From the NCBI RefSeq assembly GCF_963921235.1, contig NC_086097.1, positions 66,032,001-66,096,000 of the forward strand: DNA of 64,000 nt, written 5' to 3'. Below the pieces are notes generated by a model. The model made no database searches. It was given only the letters and a program-made list of their open reading frames with translations, and had not been told where the DNA came from. This document shows, one piece after another, positions 13,201-26,075 of the stretch. The position numbers and the translations under genes were made by a program. Source of the stretch: Mobula hypostoma (taxonomy: Eukaryota). Within the stretch, counting starts at the first letter, position 1. Each line of letters begins with the position of its first letter.

Positions 13201-16200
13201 GAAATTAGATGAATTGCATGTGGAAAGGGGTGATTTATTTTAAATTATTACAGGTTTCAGCTTCCAGTTCAATATATTTCCATTTTATGATGAGACAGAT
13301 TCTTTACCCAGGTAGTGATTGTTAAATCCAGTTCCTGTCAGAGGTCAGGAGACGTTGTTTGTCCTGTCCAAAGTTCGTATTGAATGGATTTTGGCACCCT
13401 GTCTGGTGGATTAGAAGTCACAAAGAGAGAGGGGAAAAACAAGCAAGACTGGACCCAAGAAACTGGTGGGATGGAACAAAATGCTAACTGTCAGAAGACC
13501 AAGTGCTCTCGCTCAAATCTGCCTTTATTACTTTTGTTCCTTCCTTAAAACTGGAAGATTTATCTTAGAGAAAAAAATACTGGGCCGGACCGGGTGTCCA
13601 GTAACCGACATTGTTCGACCTTGAATCTCTAAAGTTAACTACCATCGATTTATTTGCATGTTGCAAATGCACATTCGTCTCGTACTTTTCCCTTAAACAT
13701 CCGATATTTTACCATCCTTTTCGATGGAACGGCTTGTTTTTTTTAATTACACGGCAATTTTTAACGCACCCCGTTTCTATCCTGTGACATTATCATTTCC
13801 AAGAAATACCGAAGACGCCGAAGAACCAACGACGATGCACCCATGCTCTCCGCTAAAGTTTTCATGGAAAGGAATGAGAAATGCAATATGTATATTAAAT
13901 CCGATGTGTGGTTCTTACGGTATAGGTAAGATCTCTGAGGAAGATGTTCAGTCATAATTTAATATTCAGGTAGGATACATCATTGACAAATGATCAAATG
14001 TTCTGCGTAATTTTTAATGAGTGCATCCTTTTGAGTTTTATTTAAAACCCTTCTAGGTCTTACACAACGATATGAATCATGTACGTTTGGCAGTTAATGT
14101 AACAATGGCGATAGTGTCTATTAATCGAAACTGGACTTTGTGTTCCGCCAGTACTGAAAAGCAGCACCTACTCCAGCTCATTTTAGCCTGTTATTTCGCT
14201 GATTTTACGAATCGTGGCTCATCCAACCCCCATGTTTGCACTGTCCATATTGAGTGTTTATACATCGATTTTAGTTTTAAACTTGTAAAATAATCAGAAA
14301 ATCTATCGATTAAGGGGAAGAGATTCGCTTAAAGTCATGACGGCCGAATGTTCAGACGCATAATCCGCGCCACCAGCGTGCACGCCAACCCAACAGATTT
14401 TCACGTGTCTCATTTTATCATACATCACGAGCATTCTCCTTTTGTAGAGTAGAAAGCTTTGAAATAAAGTATTTCCTCGATTTGTTTTAAGGAAGCTATG
14501 TGGACCTCGAACAAAGGCTGCAATTACAATGAACAACCTTTAGACATTGAGAAATAAATAGCTACCTGTAGTATCAAACAGTGGATAGCCGGCAAGCAAC
14601 AATTCGTTTCGCAGTCTACTGATCTTCGGCGAATGTGCAGTTATGGAAGAGTGTGACAGTAAATTAAAAGTGATGGTCCTTCTGTTACTATCAAACAATA
14701 TTAACAACACAGCTTAGAAATTAGCTCCAATGTAACCCGACGGTGTCTTCAGAAAAGAAGAATGCAGAACTTCAAAATCTGACTTGGCTCTCATAGGGAA
14801 AATTATTAACCTGAAAAGCTCTCGGCCCCTCGCTGATGGATTACAAATCACAAAGAGAAGAAAATCAGTTTGGAATAGGGAATGAAGCGCATGTGAACAG
14901 AGCAAAGTCCTAAAAGCAAAGCAGTAAACGCCTTCAGTCAGTATTTGCCTTGACATCTACTAACATCATCCTTAAAATATTAACGAAGGAAATACATTTT
15001 GTTCAGAAAATTCACATAAAAAGATCTCACATCCAACCTTGACTACTGGTTTTGAAGTTGGTATCGTGCTCTTGTCCACCCGTAAAACCTGGTGTTTTCA
15101 GAACTGGAAATTGTTTGTGAGTGCATTTGGGGATATGTAGTAGATCAGGGTGTGTGTTGGAAAGCTGGGGGTTGAAACCGAAACCTACATATCTCGCCCC
15201 ATTAGAGTATTAAATTAAAAAGGATGTATAAATGTTTTGATGAAAAGAACAAATAACACTCCACTATTCGTCATATCATTGCCATGTTTGAGAATCGAGC
15301 AATTTAATTCTTTCTCCCTTTCTGGGCATGCTCGACGTCTTTATTGTAAAAGGGCAAATGCACGTCATCTGGTGGTGTAATGAAAATTATCAATATTCTT
15401 GCTGCTGGAAGTGGGGGAGGGGAAGGGTTGAGTTCTTTAAAGAGTTTCCATACTTTGCCTGAACGCTGGTTTGTTCTATTGACTTTAGCACCAAAGAAAA
15501 CAACCTGCTCTTGTACAATTCAATATTACATCGGACTGTCAAACGAGATTGATCCTTCTTACATATTCACCGTTGAGAAGAATTCAAGAACGGTCGATGC
15601 ATTTTCTTCTGTATTTATTTCGAAAGGGTATTCTGATCCGAGCAGAGGCAAATGTCAAAAAGAGTTCACCGGCTGATTTACTTTTATTTACTTATGATGT
15701 TCTTGCGCCATTCTAAAATTATTATACCAACAAAAATGAAATTTAAATGCAGGTACAATAACGTCGTCACTAGTAGACGGAGAAGGAATTTCTGGAGTGA
15801 TTTCACTGGTTACTGACTTCTACTACTTCGCTAAATCGCCAACACTAACAAGGTCTCATTTGGAAAAGTTGCACGGTTGAAAATGCGTTCAGTTACTATC
15901 AAATTAAACACCATTTTAATTAAAATAAATACAAATCTGTTTAAGGATATATGAAACAGCGTAAAGGCAAAACCTCACTTGCACTTCCTGACAGCGGCGT
16001 TTTGATTAAAACAAGGGGTTTCAGTAGTAGGCGAAATAAATCCAACACCTAACACCCCTGCGGTTCAATATTGTACAACGGAATTTCGGCAAGCAATATA
16101 GTAGTAGGATTTTAATGTATCGGAACTTTTCCCAACAAACCAATCTGAAACCAGTCATAGCTTGATAATTGGTTCATACATCAATAAAGAAAATTCATAG

Positions 16201-17707
16201 CTATCTGATTTTATCTTTTATACATTTGGTTATGTATCTTTTATAAAAATGCGCTTTGTTTTAAAATGACTTTTCTGGAAATGTATTTAATCGCTGAATT
16301 GATTTTGTGGCCAAAATTATACTCTGGTCATTTCACTGCAGCTTTTCCAGATTGTGTTTATGACTAAGTATTCATAAAATATTCTCAAATTTATTTTACA
16401 AATATCGTAACTCACTTAGACTTGTGGATAAATAAACAGAGTTTAGCAAGGCTCACATCTCTAACGCACGAACGTGGATCTTGGATATTCAGTGGATTCG
16501 CTACACCCTCTTAATTTCGCACTGCGTTTTTCCACTCATCAGGGGGCAATTACATGATAATTAAAAGAATTTCACGGTTACTCTAACAATGTGTGTGTCC
16601 CACCAGTGATCAACGATCAAAGCGAAAGCTATTGATGTCCAAAATCCACTTGGTGGATCGAAATTACAGAGTGTTTTGTGCCCGGATACAAAGAAATGCA
16701 ATACTGTTACACATTGCAGCAATTGTATTAGACAATACTTTGTCCTTGTTCTCAGCGTGACTAAGGAAACAGACTAGTAAATCTTTCTCTCTACAGTGTA
16801 CTTAACTGTTCCGCGCATACTTTATCAATTATCGGTTTTGATGGCGGTCTGATTTCATTTCTGTCCGGTTTTGTTGGTTGTGGTTGATTTTGTTTTCGGC
16901 GGAGATATTTTGCCGGAATATTTAAGACACAGCATGCATGAAAACGATACAAAATAACCCCAAATCACTTAATTAACTGTCAATATGAAATATAAATTTA
17001 TAACCATATATAATGGTCACTTTTCGCGCACGGGGACAGGGCATTGGCAGCAATTTCCCACTTGCCAATACAGAAACGGTGCTGCCGCTGCTTTATAAAC
17101 AATCATGTTACTTTTAAAGTGCTTGACTGTAGTTGAAAACGTTGTTATTGTTGTGGCATTCAATCCCTAGATCTACCTTAAATATGTTGAACGCGCTGAA
17201 ATATTCTCTGCTAACCTCGTTTCCTTTAATTACTCTGGTGAGCTTTGATTTCTTGACCAGGTATCATCTATGTAACTTTTTAATATAAATTATAAGGTCT
17301 GAACCTGAACGACTAAATTGTCGTTTAGGGGAAAGTGGTGAAGGAATCCAATCACAAGATCTGTTGTGCTTGGGAATCTTTCAATGAAAATCTGATTATT
17401 GTAAAGAGACACAACAGTTATTGTAGGATTAAAGAAACATTATTTAAGATATAGGACCACTGAATAACAATTTTAAATCAATCTTCCGTTTGCTTTTAGC
17501 TGTTATTTTCGGAAGATCAACATTCTATTTGTCATAATCATTTTACCGGCAAAATTACTTTGCGAAATATCAGATCGATTTTAGTTAATATAAATCGCCG
17601 CTTGTGCCGAATTGCATATATCAGAAATAATTTGAATGTTTTAAAGATAAGCACATTAAACGCTGAACCGTCTAATAACAACTTACAAAGTGGGTGCGAA
17701 TTATCCT

Positions 17708-17740
17708 TTTATTTTCTCATCAAATCAAAATAATTTTATT
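17708..17740 (-). terminator. Candidate FOXA1 polyadenylation signals
   Basis: TTTATT on + (AATAAA on -) at 17708-17713 and 17735-17740, about 0.8 kb past the FOXA1 stop, after an AU-rich 3' UTR. Confidence 0.5.
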
Positions 17741-18546
17741 TTCATAGAATTACAAATACAAAATTAACAACTCCTTAAATTCCATTTGTAATTTGTATTA
17801 TTATTTTTAAACAACGTAAGACTATAAAGGACCTAGAGTTGACCATGCAATAAATTAGGCACATTGAGAAAAGCTGTAAGAACCCGCCTGGCTATTTACT
17901 AACACCGACATTTCTAGACAGCTAAACACGAGGGGGGGAAAGTGCATACACACCGAGTAGAAATTATAATTAAAAGTCATTGTCGAACGATAAAAAGGTA
18001 ACTTTTCGAGGTTCCTGATGCAGGTAACATTTGGTTCATTTTTTACAATAAACCCGCTTTTTAAAAATTTATTCGCAAAAGTTGAAATCATGCAAACCGA
18101 GTCAAGAAACAGTCTTCCAGGCTCATTAAAACTGTACAGCATCCAAAAAACTGTGAAACAGCAGTTTCATAAAATTAAGATATAATTATTTTCTCCAAGC
18201 AGCCCGTTTAGTTGATTACTACCACCCGCACGCTCATCTTTTCAAGTCTTGAACCAACTTCTGTGCAGCTACTGGGAACGTTGAGTGGACACGGAGAACA
18301 ATATATCACAACGAATTCTAAAATCTTACAGCACGTCTGAAAAATATTAAATACATTCTGCAGGTGTCTGCGATATATACAACCGTGATTCATCGGCAAA
18401 CATTGCAGCTACTTTACACTTCCACAGTTTCTATACATATTAACGTTACAAAGTAACAGTCCTTGCACACGGGGTGCATTTATTAGCAATCCCAATGCGG
18501 GAAAAGTGTTTGTCATTACAATTGCGGGACGGGTTTAGCTTCGTGA

Positions 18547-19749
18547 CTAAGAAGTGTTGAGAACAGGTCTGGAATACACACCTTGGTAGTAGGAAGCTTC
18601 GCTGGTCAGCATCGAGGGCTCCATGCCGTTCTTGCCCACGGAGCCGAGAGGCAGCCCGCTGGTCATGCTGCTGCCGTAGCCGGAGTAGTGCATAGCCTGC
18701 TCGTAAGCCTTCAAGTCCATCTTGTGGTGATGCTGCTGCTCGGAAGACATGAGGTTGTTGATGGAGAAGGGGTGGTTGAACGAGTAGTGCGGGTCCGCCT
18801 TCAGCTGGTGAAGCTGCGGCGGCTCGGCCGCCACCGACACGTGGCTCAAGGGCTGTAACAGCGGGGGTGCGTGAGAGGACTGCGGGCCCAGGGCGCCGCC
18901 GATTGCCGAGGTCGAGCTCGCCGCCGGCGCCTGGCACTTGAGGTCGAGGCGGGGCGCCGTGTCTGGATTGGGCTCAACTCGGTTACGGGTCCGGCCGCCG
19001 GCGCTGTTGTTTCCAGCCGGGGGCGGTGAGCCGACCGCCGTCTCTTCGTCCTTCCTCGGCCCGTCCGGGCCCGCCTTCAGCGAAGCCTTCTTGTCGCACT
19101 TGAATCGCTTCTGGCGCCGCAGGTAGCAGCCGTTCTCGAACATGTTGCCCGAGTCCGGGTGCAGGCTCCAGTACGAGCCCTTACCGGGCTTGTCGGGCGA
19201 GCGCGCCACCTTGATGAAGCAGTCGTTGAAGGAGAGCGAATGGCGAATGGAGTTTTGCCAGCGCTGCTGGTTCTGCCGATAGTAGGGGAAGAGCTCCATG
19301 ATCCACTGGTAGATCTCGCTGAGGGTCAACATCTTGCTAGGCGCTTGCTGGATGGCCATGGTGATGAGCGAGATGTAGGAGTAGGGCGGCTTGGCATGCG
19401 GGTAGGTACGGCGCAGGCTCTTGGCGTCGCGGGGTCGGCTGACGTTGGCCTGCGGGTAAGCCATGGGGCTCATGCCCGGGTATGGGCTCAGGCCGTTCAG
19501 CGAGGCCTGCTGGCCGCTGAGGCCGGGACTGATAGCCGCGCCCATCGCCGTCATGCCGGCACCCATTGCCGGCCCGCCGCCGGCCATGCCGCCCATGCCG
19601 GAGCTGAGGCCGGCGCCGATGGCCGGGTTCCCGTAGGTCATGTTAAAGGAGCCGGAGGTCATGTTGCTGCCGGAGCCCATGGTGTTCATGCTCATGTAGG
19701 TACTCGCTAGTCCCGGGTTCATGCTGCTCACCGGCACCGACGAATAGGC
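18547..19749 (-). CDS. FOXA1: Forkhead box A1 (HNF3-alpha), exon 2
   Basis: Acceptor ttttgttgtgaag|GCC at 19749. Begins [10 protein letters not shown]. Contains the complete forkhead domain ([32 protein letters not shown]...[11 protein letters not shown]), the EH1 motif [10 protein letters not shown] and the FOXA1-type C-terminus [14 protein letters not shown]. Confidence 0.97.
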   Translation of the reverse strand, partial: AYSSVPVSSMNPGLASTYMSMNTMGSGSNMTSGSFNMTYGNPAIGAGLSSGMGGMAGGGPAMGAGMTAMGAAISPGLSGQQASLNGLSPYPGMSPMAYPQANVSRPRDAKSLRRTYPHAKPPYSYISLITMAIQQAPSKMLTLSEIYQWIMELFPYYRQNQQRWQNSIRHSLSFNDCFIKVARSPDKPGKGSYWSLHPDSGNMFENGCYLRRQKRFKCDKKASLKAGPDGPRKDEETAVGSPPPAGNNSAGGRTRNRVEPNPDTAPRLDLKCQAPAASSTSAIGGALGPQSSHAPPLLQPLSHVSVAAEPPQLHQLKADPHYSFNHPFSINNLMSSEQQHHHKMDLKAYEQAMHYSGYGSSMTSGLPLGSVGKNGMEPSMLTSEASYYQGVYSRPVLNTS

Positions 19750-19760
19750 CTTCACAACAA
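18560..19760. other. CpG island over FOXA1 exon 2
   Basis: Very GC- and CpG-rich sequence against an AT-rich background. Confidence 0.75.
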
Positions 19761-20392
19761 AATAAAGGTGTTAGTTGTATGGACCAGAACTCCTCTCCTC
19801 TTCCTCATACCCCAATTTGTCCCTGCTGCCTTGGCAGGAAACTGACTTTTTAGCCCAGACTGGTGGGTCATTTGAGTAAAAAAAATAGGCGAGAAAGCCA
19901 CGCCTCTTAAAATAAAGTACAAACGTGTATAGCACCTTTCTCCCTGGCATTACTGTAACATACAGAATCGCGCCACAACTGGATGTTTGTGAAGACCCCA
20001 GTTGGCTCTCTACACCAGAGCGGGCCGGCCGCTCCAGGGGTCCCAACTCCACCCCACCCCCGCCCCAAGCCACCCCGTGGTCAATAAACTTGGAGAGACC
20101 CGCTTAGCCCCCGCGCCGTTCTCAAATGAGAAACATGAAGCAGTTCTGTGAACCATTGGTGCCCACTGAGCTGACATCCTTTCGTTCAGAGGTCTCCTAA
20201 ACTGCCCACATGACATCGCCACACATACTGAAAAAAAATGTTATTTCTTTGGGGGGGGGGGAGAGAAAGTTCCCCGGCGGATTGCCGATAACCTTGTCAT
20301 GAAAACGACATTAGAAAACTACAATGCCTGGTGTTAGTTAACGATCGTAAGTGCTCACCTCAAAAGGAGGTGCAAACGAGACTTTTACTTAC
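19750..20392 (-). other. FOXA1: FOXA1 intron 1 (643 nt, phase 0, GT-AG)
   Basis: Donor CAGGAG|gtaagt at 20392 and acceptor ag at 19751-19750 join EPQE|AYSS in frame, the same junction as in mammalian FOXA1. Confidence 0.93.
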
Positions 20393-20464
20393 CTCCTGTG
20401 GTTCTCCGTAGAAATTGCTCCACTCGGAAGCTTCGTGTCCTTCCATCTTCACTGTACCTAACAT
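20393..20464 (-). CDS. FOXA1: Forkhead box A1, exon 1 (72 nt coding)
   Basis: Encodes MLGTVKMEGHEASEWSNFYGEPQE, followed by a gtaagt donor. An adjacent in-frame ATG lies at 20467. Confidence 0.95.
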
Positions 20465-20624
20465 CATGGGGGCAAAGCACAATAAAGAAACATCAAGGCT
20501 TGCCCCCAAAATAAAATCCCACCGCGGATGCACACTGGCTGAAGCCGAGTGAGACCGATAGAATAGAGAATGCGGGAGTGGGAAGTGTTGGGAGGTGAAC
20601 ACTTTGAGTGGCGCTGGGGACATG

Positions 20625-20960
20625 CGTAGTGATCCAACTACTCACAGATCCTGCCTCCTATTCCGATTTGCGCAGATTTTTCTTTATTTGAATAGTTAGC
20701 TCTCACCTAGGCGTTAGGATACTCTGCTCCGATTGCATACTTGCCTTTAACTACAGCTGCCGCTTGCGTCCCAACAAGCTGCCAGTCAGCGGGGCCGAGA
20801 TCTTTAGCCATTGAAAATAGTCCCTATTGGTTTTTGTAACGAGACTAATTGGTTTAACTCGGAAACAATAGAAAAGACAAACTCCTACAATGGGACAAGA
20901 AGCGATCAATTAATTGGGCAGCAAAAAGCTAACCAAGGGTGCATTTTCGCCTGGAGATTA
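20625..20960 (-). promoter_or_regulatory. FOXA1 proximal promoter region
   Basis: Lies directly upstream of exon 1. ATTGG (CCAAT on -) near 20826, 20848 and 20913; homeodomain-type TAATTA near 20909; CpG-rich. The TSS was not determined. Confidence 0.45.
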
Positions 20961-23029
20961 AATGGGTGAGGAAAACGGAGGACGTTTTGTGCACCTTACC
21001 TCTGGTACAGCGACATTCTTTTTCAAACTAGTTAATTAATGTTTTTCTCAGTCATTTTAATCAAACATTTCCAAACAACGACGTCCTTTACCTTAAATAT
21101 CTCCTGTGGCAAATTGAAGATATGGGACATCAGTAAGGGGATAAATGCAAAAATACTCTGAAACTGCACACTTTCCTGGTTTATTTGGCCTTCCAGCAGT
21201 CTAAATCTGACTACTACAACTCCCGAGTCCCACAGATGTAACGCACCGCCACAAGTATATCAATACAGGTTTCGTAGAGGAACATCCCATTAGCCTAAAA
21301 TAAACTGGTGAAGGTTGAAGCGATTGTGTCAACTGCATTGCTCCGGCCAATCAGTAATCTGTAAAACTGATAGTTGGTCTGGCAGCCTGTCTAGCGATAG
21401 CACCGTTAGCAAACCTTTGGCCGGCAAAGATTTTATCTCGATTAGTATCGGCAGCCGTCCGAAAGCAAGACATTTCTGGGAAATTTTCCGGATCCCAAGT
21501 GATTCGTTAAATTCCACGGTTATGTGAGCTACGATCTGAGCAGCACATGTTGGTTGGACGGGCTGGTAAGGGCGAAGGACCTTTCTGTCTGCTGTTCATT
21601 TAGAAATCTAAACAACTGTCTGTTTAATAAGGCTTTAGGGCCAGCGACATTCCTACCGTGAAAGAGAGGAGTCGGCCTGAAAGTGGCAGATGTAATTAGC
21701 CCGAGGAAGAATTTACTCTGCAGCGTGACGTCTTTGAGGAATGGTGTTAAATAAACGCATTCTTCGCCCTTCTTTCGTCGGGATAGGTCGTAAAAATGCA
21801 GATTGGAAGAATAGTTTGCATTCAAGATCACGTACCTCGGTTACCCTCTCCGAAGTTTGCAGCCAGCGACAGCCCTCGCTTCAGATCACCAATAAGTGAG
21901 ACTGCAGCTTACCCCTTGGCTCTATGTAGCGCCTAGCAACGGGACTGCTTTTGGATCAGAGATGTTAACCGCAACGAAATGAATAGTTCTGGACTCCTTT
22001 CTCGGTATGCCTTAAGAAGAAGTTTGCTGTCCACCCATGAACGGCCCCGAGTACATTAGAGAGAACATTGTGCACTACTGCTGAAAACACAAACCCTAAC
22101 ATCTCACAGATCAAGAAGGTTTGGTCAGTGACAAGGTCTTCAATTTTACGTCTTTGTGAAAGCAACGTGGTTTTAAATGTTGTTAGAAACTGAAAGCTTT
22201 GCGAATGTGAGGTAGTTGAGTTGATTAAATCTTCTTTATGAGAAGAGAGGCTGGTAAAACAACACGATGCGATACCATGAAGGGAAACGACCTCTGGCTC
22301 AGATAGCATTATAACTCCACTTCAGATGTGCTGAGAGCGCACAGTTAAAAGGCCACGCAACATGTCTTCCAGTGAGGTATTGGTCAACGAATTCAAGAAT
22401 GAATGTGTACTAAACTGTCGGGAGGAATATAATTTCCAGCATATCCCTGAATGAAAAGTCTACGTAACACATTCTCAGCAATCTAAAGGCTTATATATTT
22501 TGTGAAATAAAAATATCCAAAATCTTGTCAATTTAACTAATCCGTATGTAATGTCTAGGTGACATCATCAATGGAGATGTCCATTGGTTTTGATAATTTT
22601 GATTTTGTTGCAATGTTGTGTAGGGAAAACAATGGCAAAGTAAGATCATAGTTTTAAGTAAATTAGCGATAGACGAAATTACAGCTTGGCGTACTTGAAC
22701 AGCTCAACCAATACGCGCCAGAGGAATTAGTGACCTTTCCTTTTCATTTCATTTCCCTGGAGGGTCTGGCTGAGTGTACAACATATCGCCTAGAAATGGG
22801 TGGTCAGCTCTACTTGAAAATCATTTAGGGGACAGTTCGTATTTGTGACGGCACATAACACAGGCTCCTAAAGTAATATTTAAAGAATTTCAATTTTAGA
22901 GCTTTTGAGAAGTACTAAAGAATATCGAATGAAATGCTCATTTAATATTCATTACTTTAGGTGCAGTATGCAAACATTTTCAACTCTGAAGTGTAATTTG
23001 TTCACTGATTTACACGGAGTAGTCAGCAT

Positions 23030-24010
23030 AAACTGAGGCCATTCTGCCCAACCGGTCCATGCCGGCGTTCGGGTTCCACCCCTACCCTTTCCATCCTCCG
23101 TCATGTGGTAGTGTCTAAATAATTTCATCTTCCTTTCTAAGTCAAGGCTTCCCCAAATCCATTCGTAGTTGTTTCATTGGGCATTTTCCCTAGTATTACT
23201 GTTCGGATAAAGAATTATGTCCTCAAACCCTGTTTGGTAGCTCAATTACTAATTTATGTTCATTGCTCCTAATTGAGATTTGATTCCTATTATTGTTACC
23301 ATTGGTTCTGTGTCATTTAAGTAATAATTTCAAAGATCTCCCACAGAACGTCCGTTCGCCTTCTCTTTCAAGAAGGAGACCCAGCTTGTTGCTAGTATAA
23401 TTTGGTATTTTTGCTACCACGCTGGTGTGTCTTTCTAGATACTGCATTCCTTTTTAAAGGACAAAATATGGCGACCAGACTTACACGAGCCTCCCAGGGT
23501 GGTTTGACAAAAGTTCAGTGTAAGTTTAGAATAACTTCTTGACTTTTCAATTCAATACATCTAGACATAACAAACATTGGATTTGCTTTTTTATGCCTTT
23601 TATTCACCTGAATCTCTACATTTAGTGATTTGTGTGTCTGTATTCCAAGATTCCTTTGCTCCTCTGTGCCAGTAGTTTTGTTACTTTTCTTAGCAAAATG
23701 TAATTCCGCACACGTGACTGAGTTAAAATTCTACTAATTAAGCGACCATTCTGGATGTTTATTGATGCCTTCTCGTAGTTTGAAGCAGTCCTTCCCGTTG
23801 ATGACGTCTCGTCCACAAGTTTGGCGTCATTCACAAAAAGTACAGAATCATTTTTGATTATGAAATCTAAGTGTTAGTACAAATTTGTAAGTACATCTGT
23901 CCCAGTGCAGCCGTAGCTGACCCCCTTACTGCCGAACCCTTTACTATATGCTTTTTGTTTGAAGCCTGCTGTTCTGAATTGATTCCTACTTTCACTTTAT
24001 TCATTAGTCT
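23030..24010 (-). mobile_element. Old CR1 LINE fragment, antisense
   Basis: Reverse-complement CR1 landmarks: 3' tail (gaggccattctgcccaaccggtccatgcc), FADD-like region (tttggcgtcattcacaaa, about 23820) and PQGSxLG-like region (gtcccagtgcagccgtagctgacccc, about 23900). Heavily decayed. Confidence 0.6.
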
Positions 24011-26075
24011 ATAAGGTGGCATAACTGAATGCCTAGATGAATTACAAGCAGATTGCAAAATGTTAAAATAGATGATACAATAAGATTTTAAAATATTGAA
24101 ACAATAAAACCACTTGCCTTTTCACGGGTCCTGCAATCTATTGATTATGTTTGTTGTTGCAGTTTTTACATCAGAAAACCGTGGCATGAAGTTTGCCTTT
24201 GGCCTCTCTCATCGCCGGCAGCTGATCTGACCTCGCGAAGCCGTGCAGAACAGCGGTTCTCCACAGAACCACCGGCTGAAGAGGAACTTCCTCTAGCTAT
24301 TAATCTTGTTGCACCCTCTATAGGTGCTTCCTGATCTGCTGAATACTCCTCGTACTTTAATGTGTGTTTTCTAACTCCGTCGCTTCTGCCTTCCTTCGGT
24401 GCTTATAGTACTTTAGCTGTAACTGCTTCTGTACTGGCAACACTAAATATGGGCATAATGTCTCTGCTGTTTATTTTCTGGATTCTTTTCAATTATGCAG
24501 ACGCAATTTTTTTAAACCTCATTTCAGCCTATTAATCAATCATGAGTCAATAATTCCTTATGTGTTTTAAATACGGTTTCAGATTTTGCTTTCCATTGGC
24601 ACATCCACCTGAGCCTCTCCTGAAGCAATGTTTACTAGTTAACGTTTCCGTCTTTTGGCTGCGACAAACCCGGGTGTTATCCCGTCCATTCTTCGGCGGC
24701 ACGTTTGCATTTTGGCCCTTTTATTTATATTTTTGTGGAATATGTTACCACTTCTCCTTATACGCGAAATTTCCACCACCCCTACAGAGTTTTCCTGTCA
24801 CACCGGCTTTCATAGGTTTGGGATTTTTTTAAGGGGAAAAAATATAGCTATAATTAGCTCTGCATTGCTTGAAGTGTGATACGATTTCGGATAAGAATAC
24901 CACGGATGAAAAATGCTCTTACTCCGTCCCATCGTGCAAAGGAAGCAAATTAATTGACCATAAACGAACAATTTAATATATTCACGTGTGTAATTTAAAG
25001 TAGTGTTACGGATTACGGGCTGAAATAGCTTCTAGTAATTAAAGGTCCGCACCCATAAAATCCAACAGAGAAAGGGGTCGGAGTAGAACCAACCGAGAGC
25101 AGAAAGCAACATCTCGAGAGCGCGCCTCCAGGGACGCTGACGGTTTCAGAAAGGTCTCATTAGCATCTAAAGAGCAATATGCACTGAGTGGATTTTCGTA
25201 ACAATGTTGCAAAATTAATTGGACAATTCTAATTCAACCAGGCTATCTATAACCAACAGTGCAAATCTCGGTAAATTTGAGTGTTGTGGTTCCTAATAGC
25301 CACTCTTAATGAACTAATACGTGTTTTGTGCTTTTTTTTGGGTTAATCTTTATATCGTATAATTAATTATAGCATGTTTGGCCTCCAACACCAAAATAAC
25401 AAGTAAGGTCGAGAGTTACTTATTAACAAAGCCGCATTGCCCTTCATCATTTAATGTATCTGATTGTATTAAAATAAATTATGTAAGTACAGGAAGCGCT
25501 CGGTGCGGAGGTGCGGGGAGTTTTTGTGGTGTGATGCAGGGCGGAGCCTACCACTTGCAGCTGCACGCGGTCATTCATAAACGCGCCCCAATGTTTTAGG
25601 GAAACGGGACAGAAACTCCACGATTTTCTCACTGATTATTGCCATATTCAGCTTCGGCTGTATAATTACGATTGCCGCCAAGGTAATAATTTATGAGCCT
25701 CTTATGACCAACCGTGACATGATACAATTGGAATTTACTTTCTACATCCTTTTTGGAGACATGGTACAAATAACACGACCTTTGCTTGTTACCAGAATGC
25801 CCTTCAATATTTTGTACCAATCTTCCAGAGTAGATTCGGTACTGATTTTATTAATCTTATGAACTCTTAAAAATAAAACTTTTCTTCACAATACAGAAAG
25901 TTTTAAGTTCCCGCTATTGAATTAGCAAACACTCCCACTGGGCTTCCGTATTCTTATAATCAATTTCACCTCTGAAAATCCCAAGCCCCGCCAGAAAAAA
26001 CAAACGTACCCAACACATTACCACGCAGAAATAGTTACGGCTGTGACATATGAGTACTTCTGTTAACATTTGGAG

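Noticed and set aside
1055..17000. Short ORFs of 60-143 aa in intronic and intergenic DNA, and isolated forkhead TGTTTAC motifs
   Set aside because: No homology or splice support; expected by chance in AT-rich DNA.
18446..19710. Overlapping or antisense ORFs over FOXA1 exon 2
   Set aside because: Expected shadows of GC-rich coding sequence with few stop codons; no recognisable protein.
19750..19755. ORF-track start (MK) for a 402-aa single-exon FOXA1
   Set aside because: The GTG AAG is the intron end containing the AG acceptor; the true start is in exon 1 at 20464 or 20467.
24270..24390. Second hammerhead-bearing repeat copy (ctgaagagg...gtgcttcctgatctgctgaatactcc)
   Set aside because: Resembles 1900-2030 but is too decayed, with no GAAAC, to call; 29960-30050 is similar.
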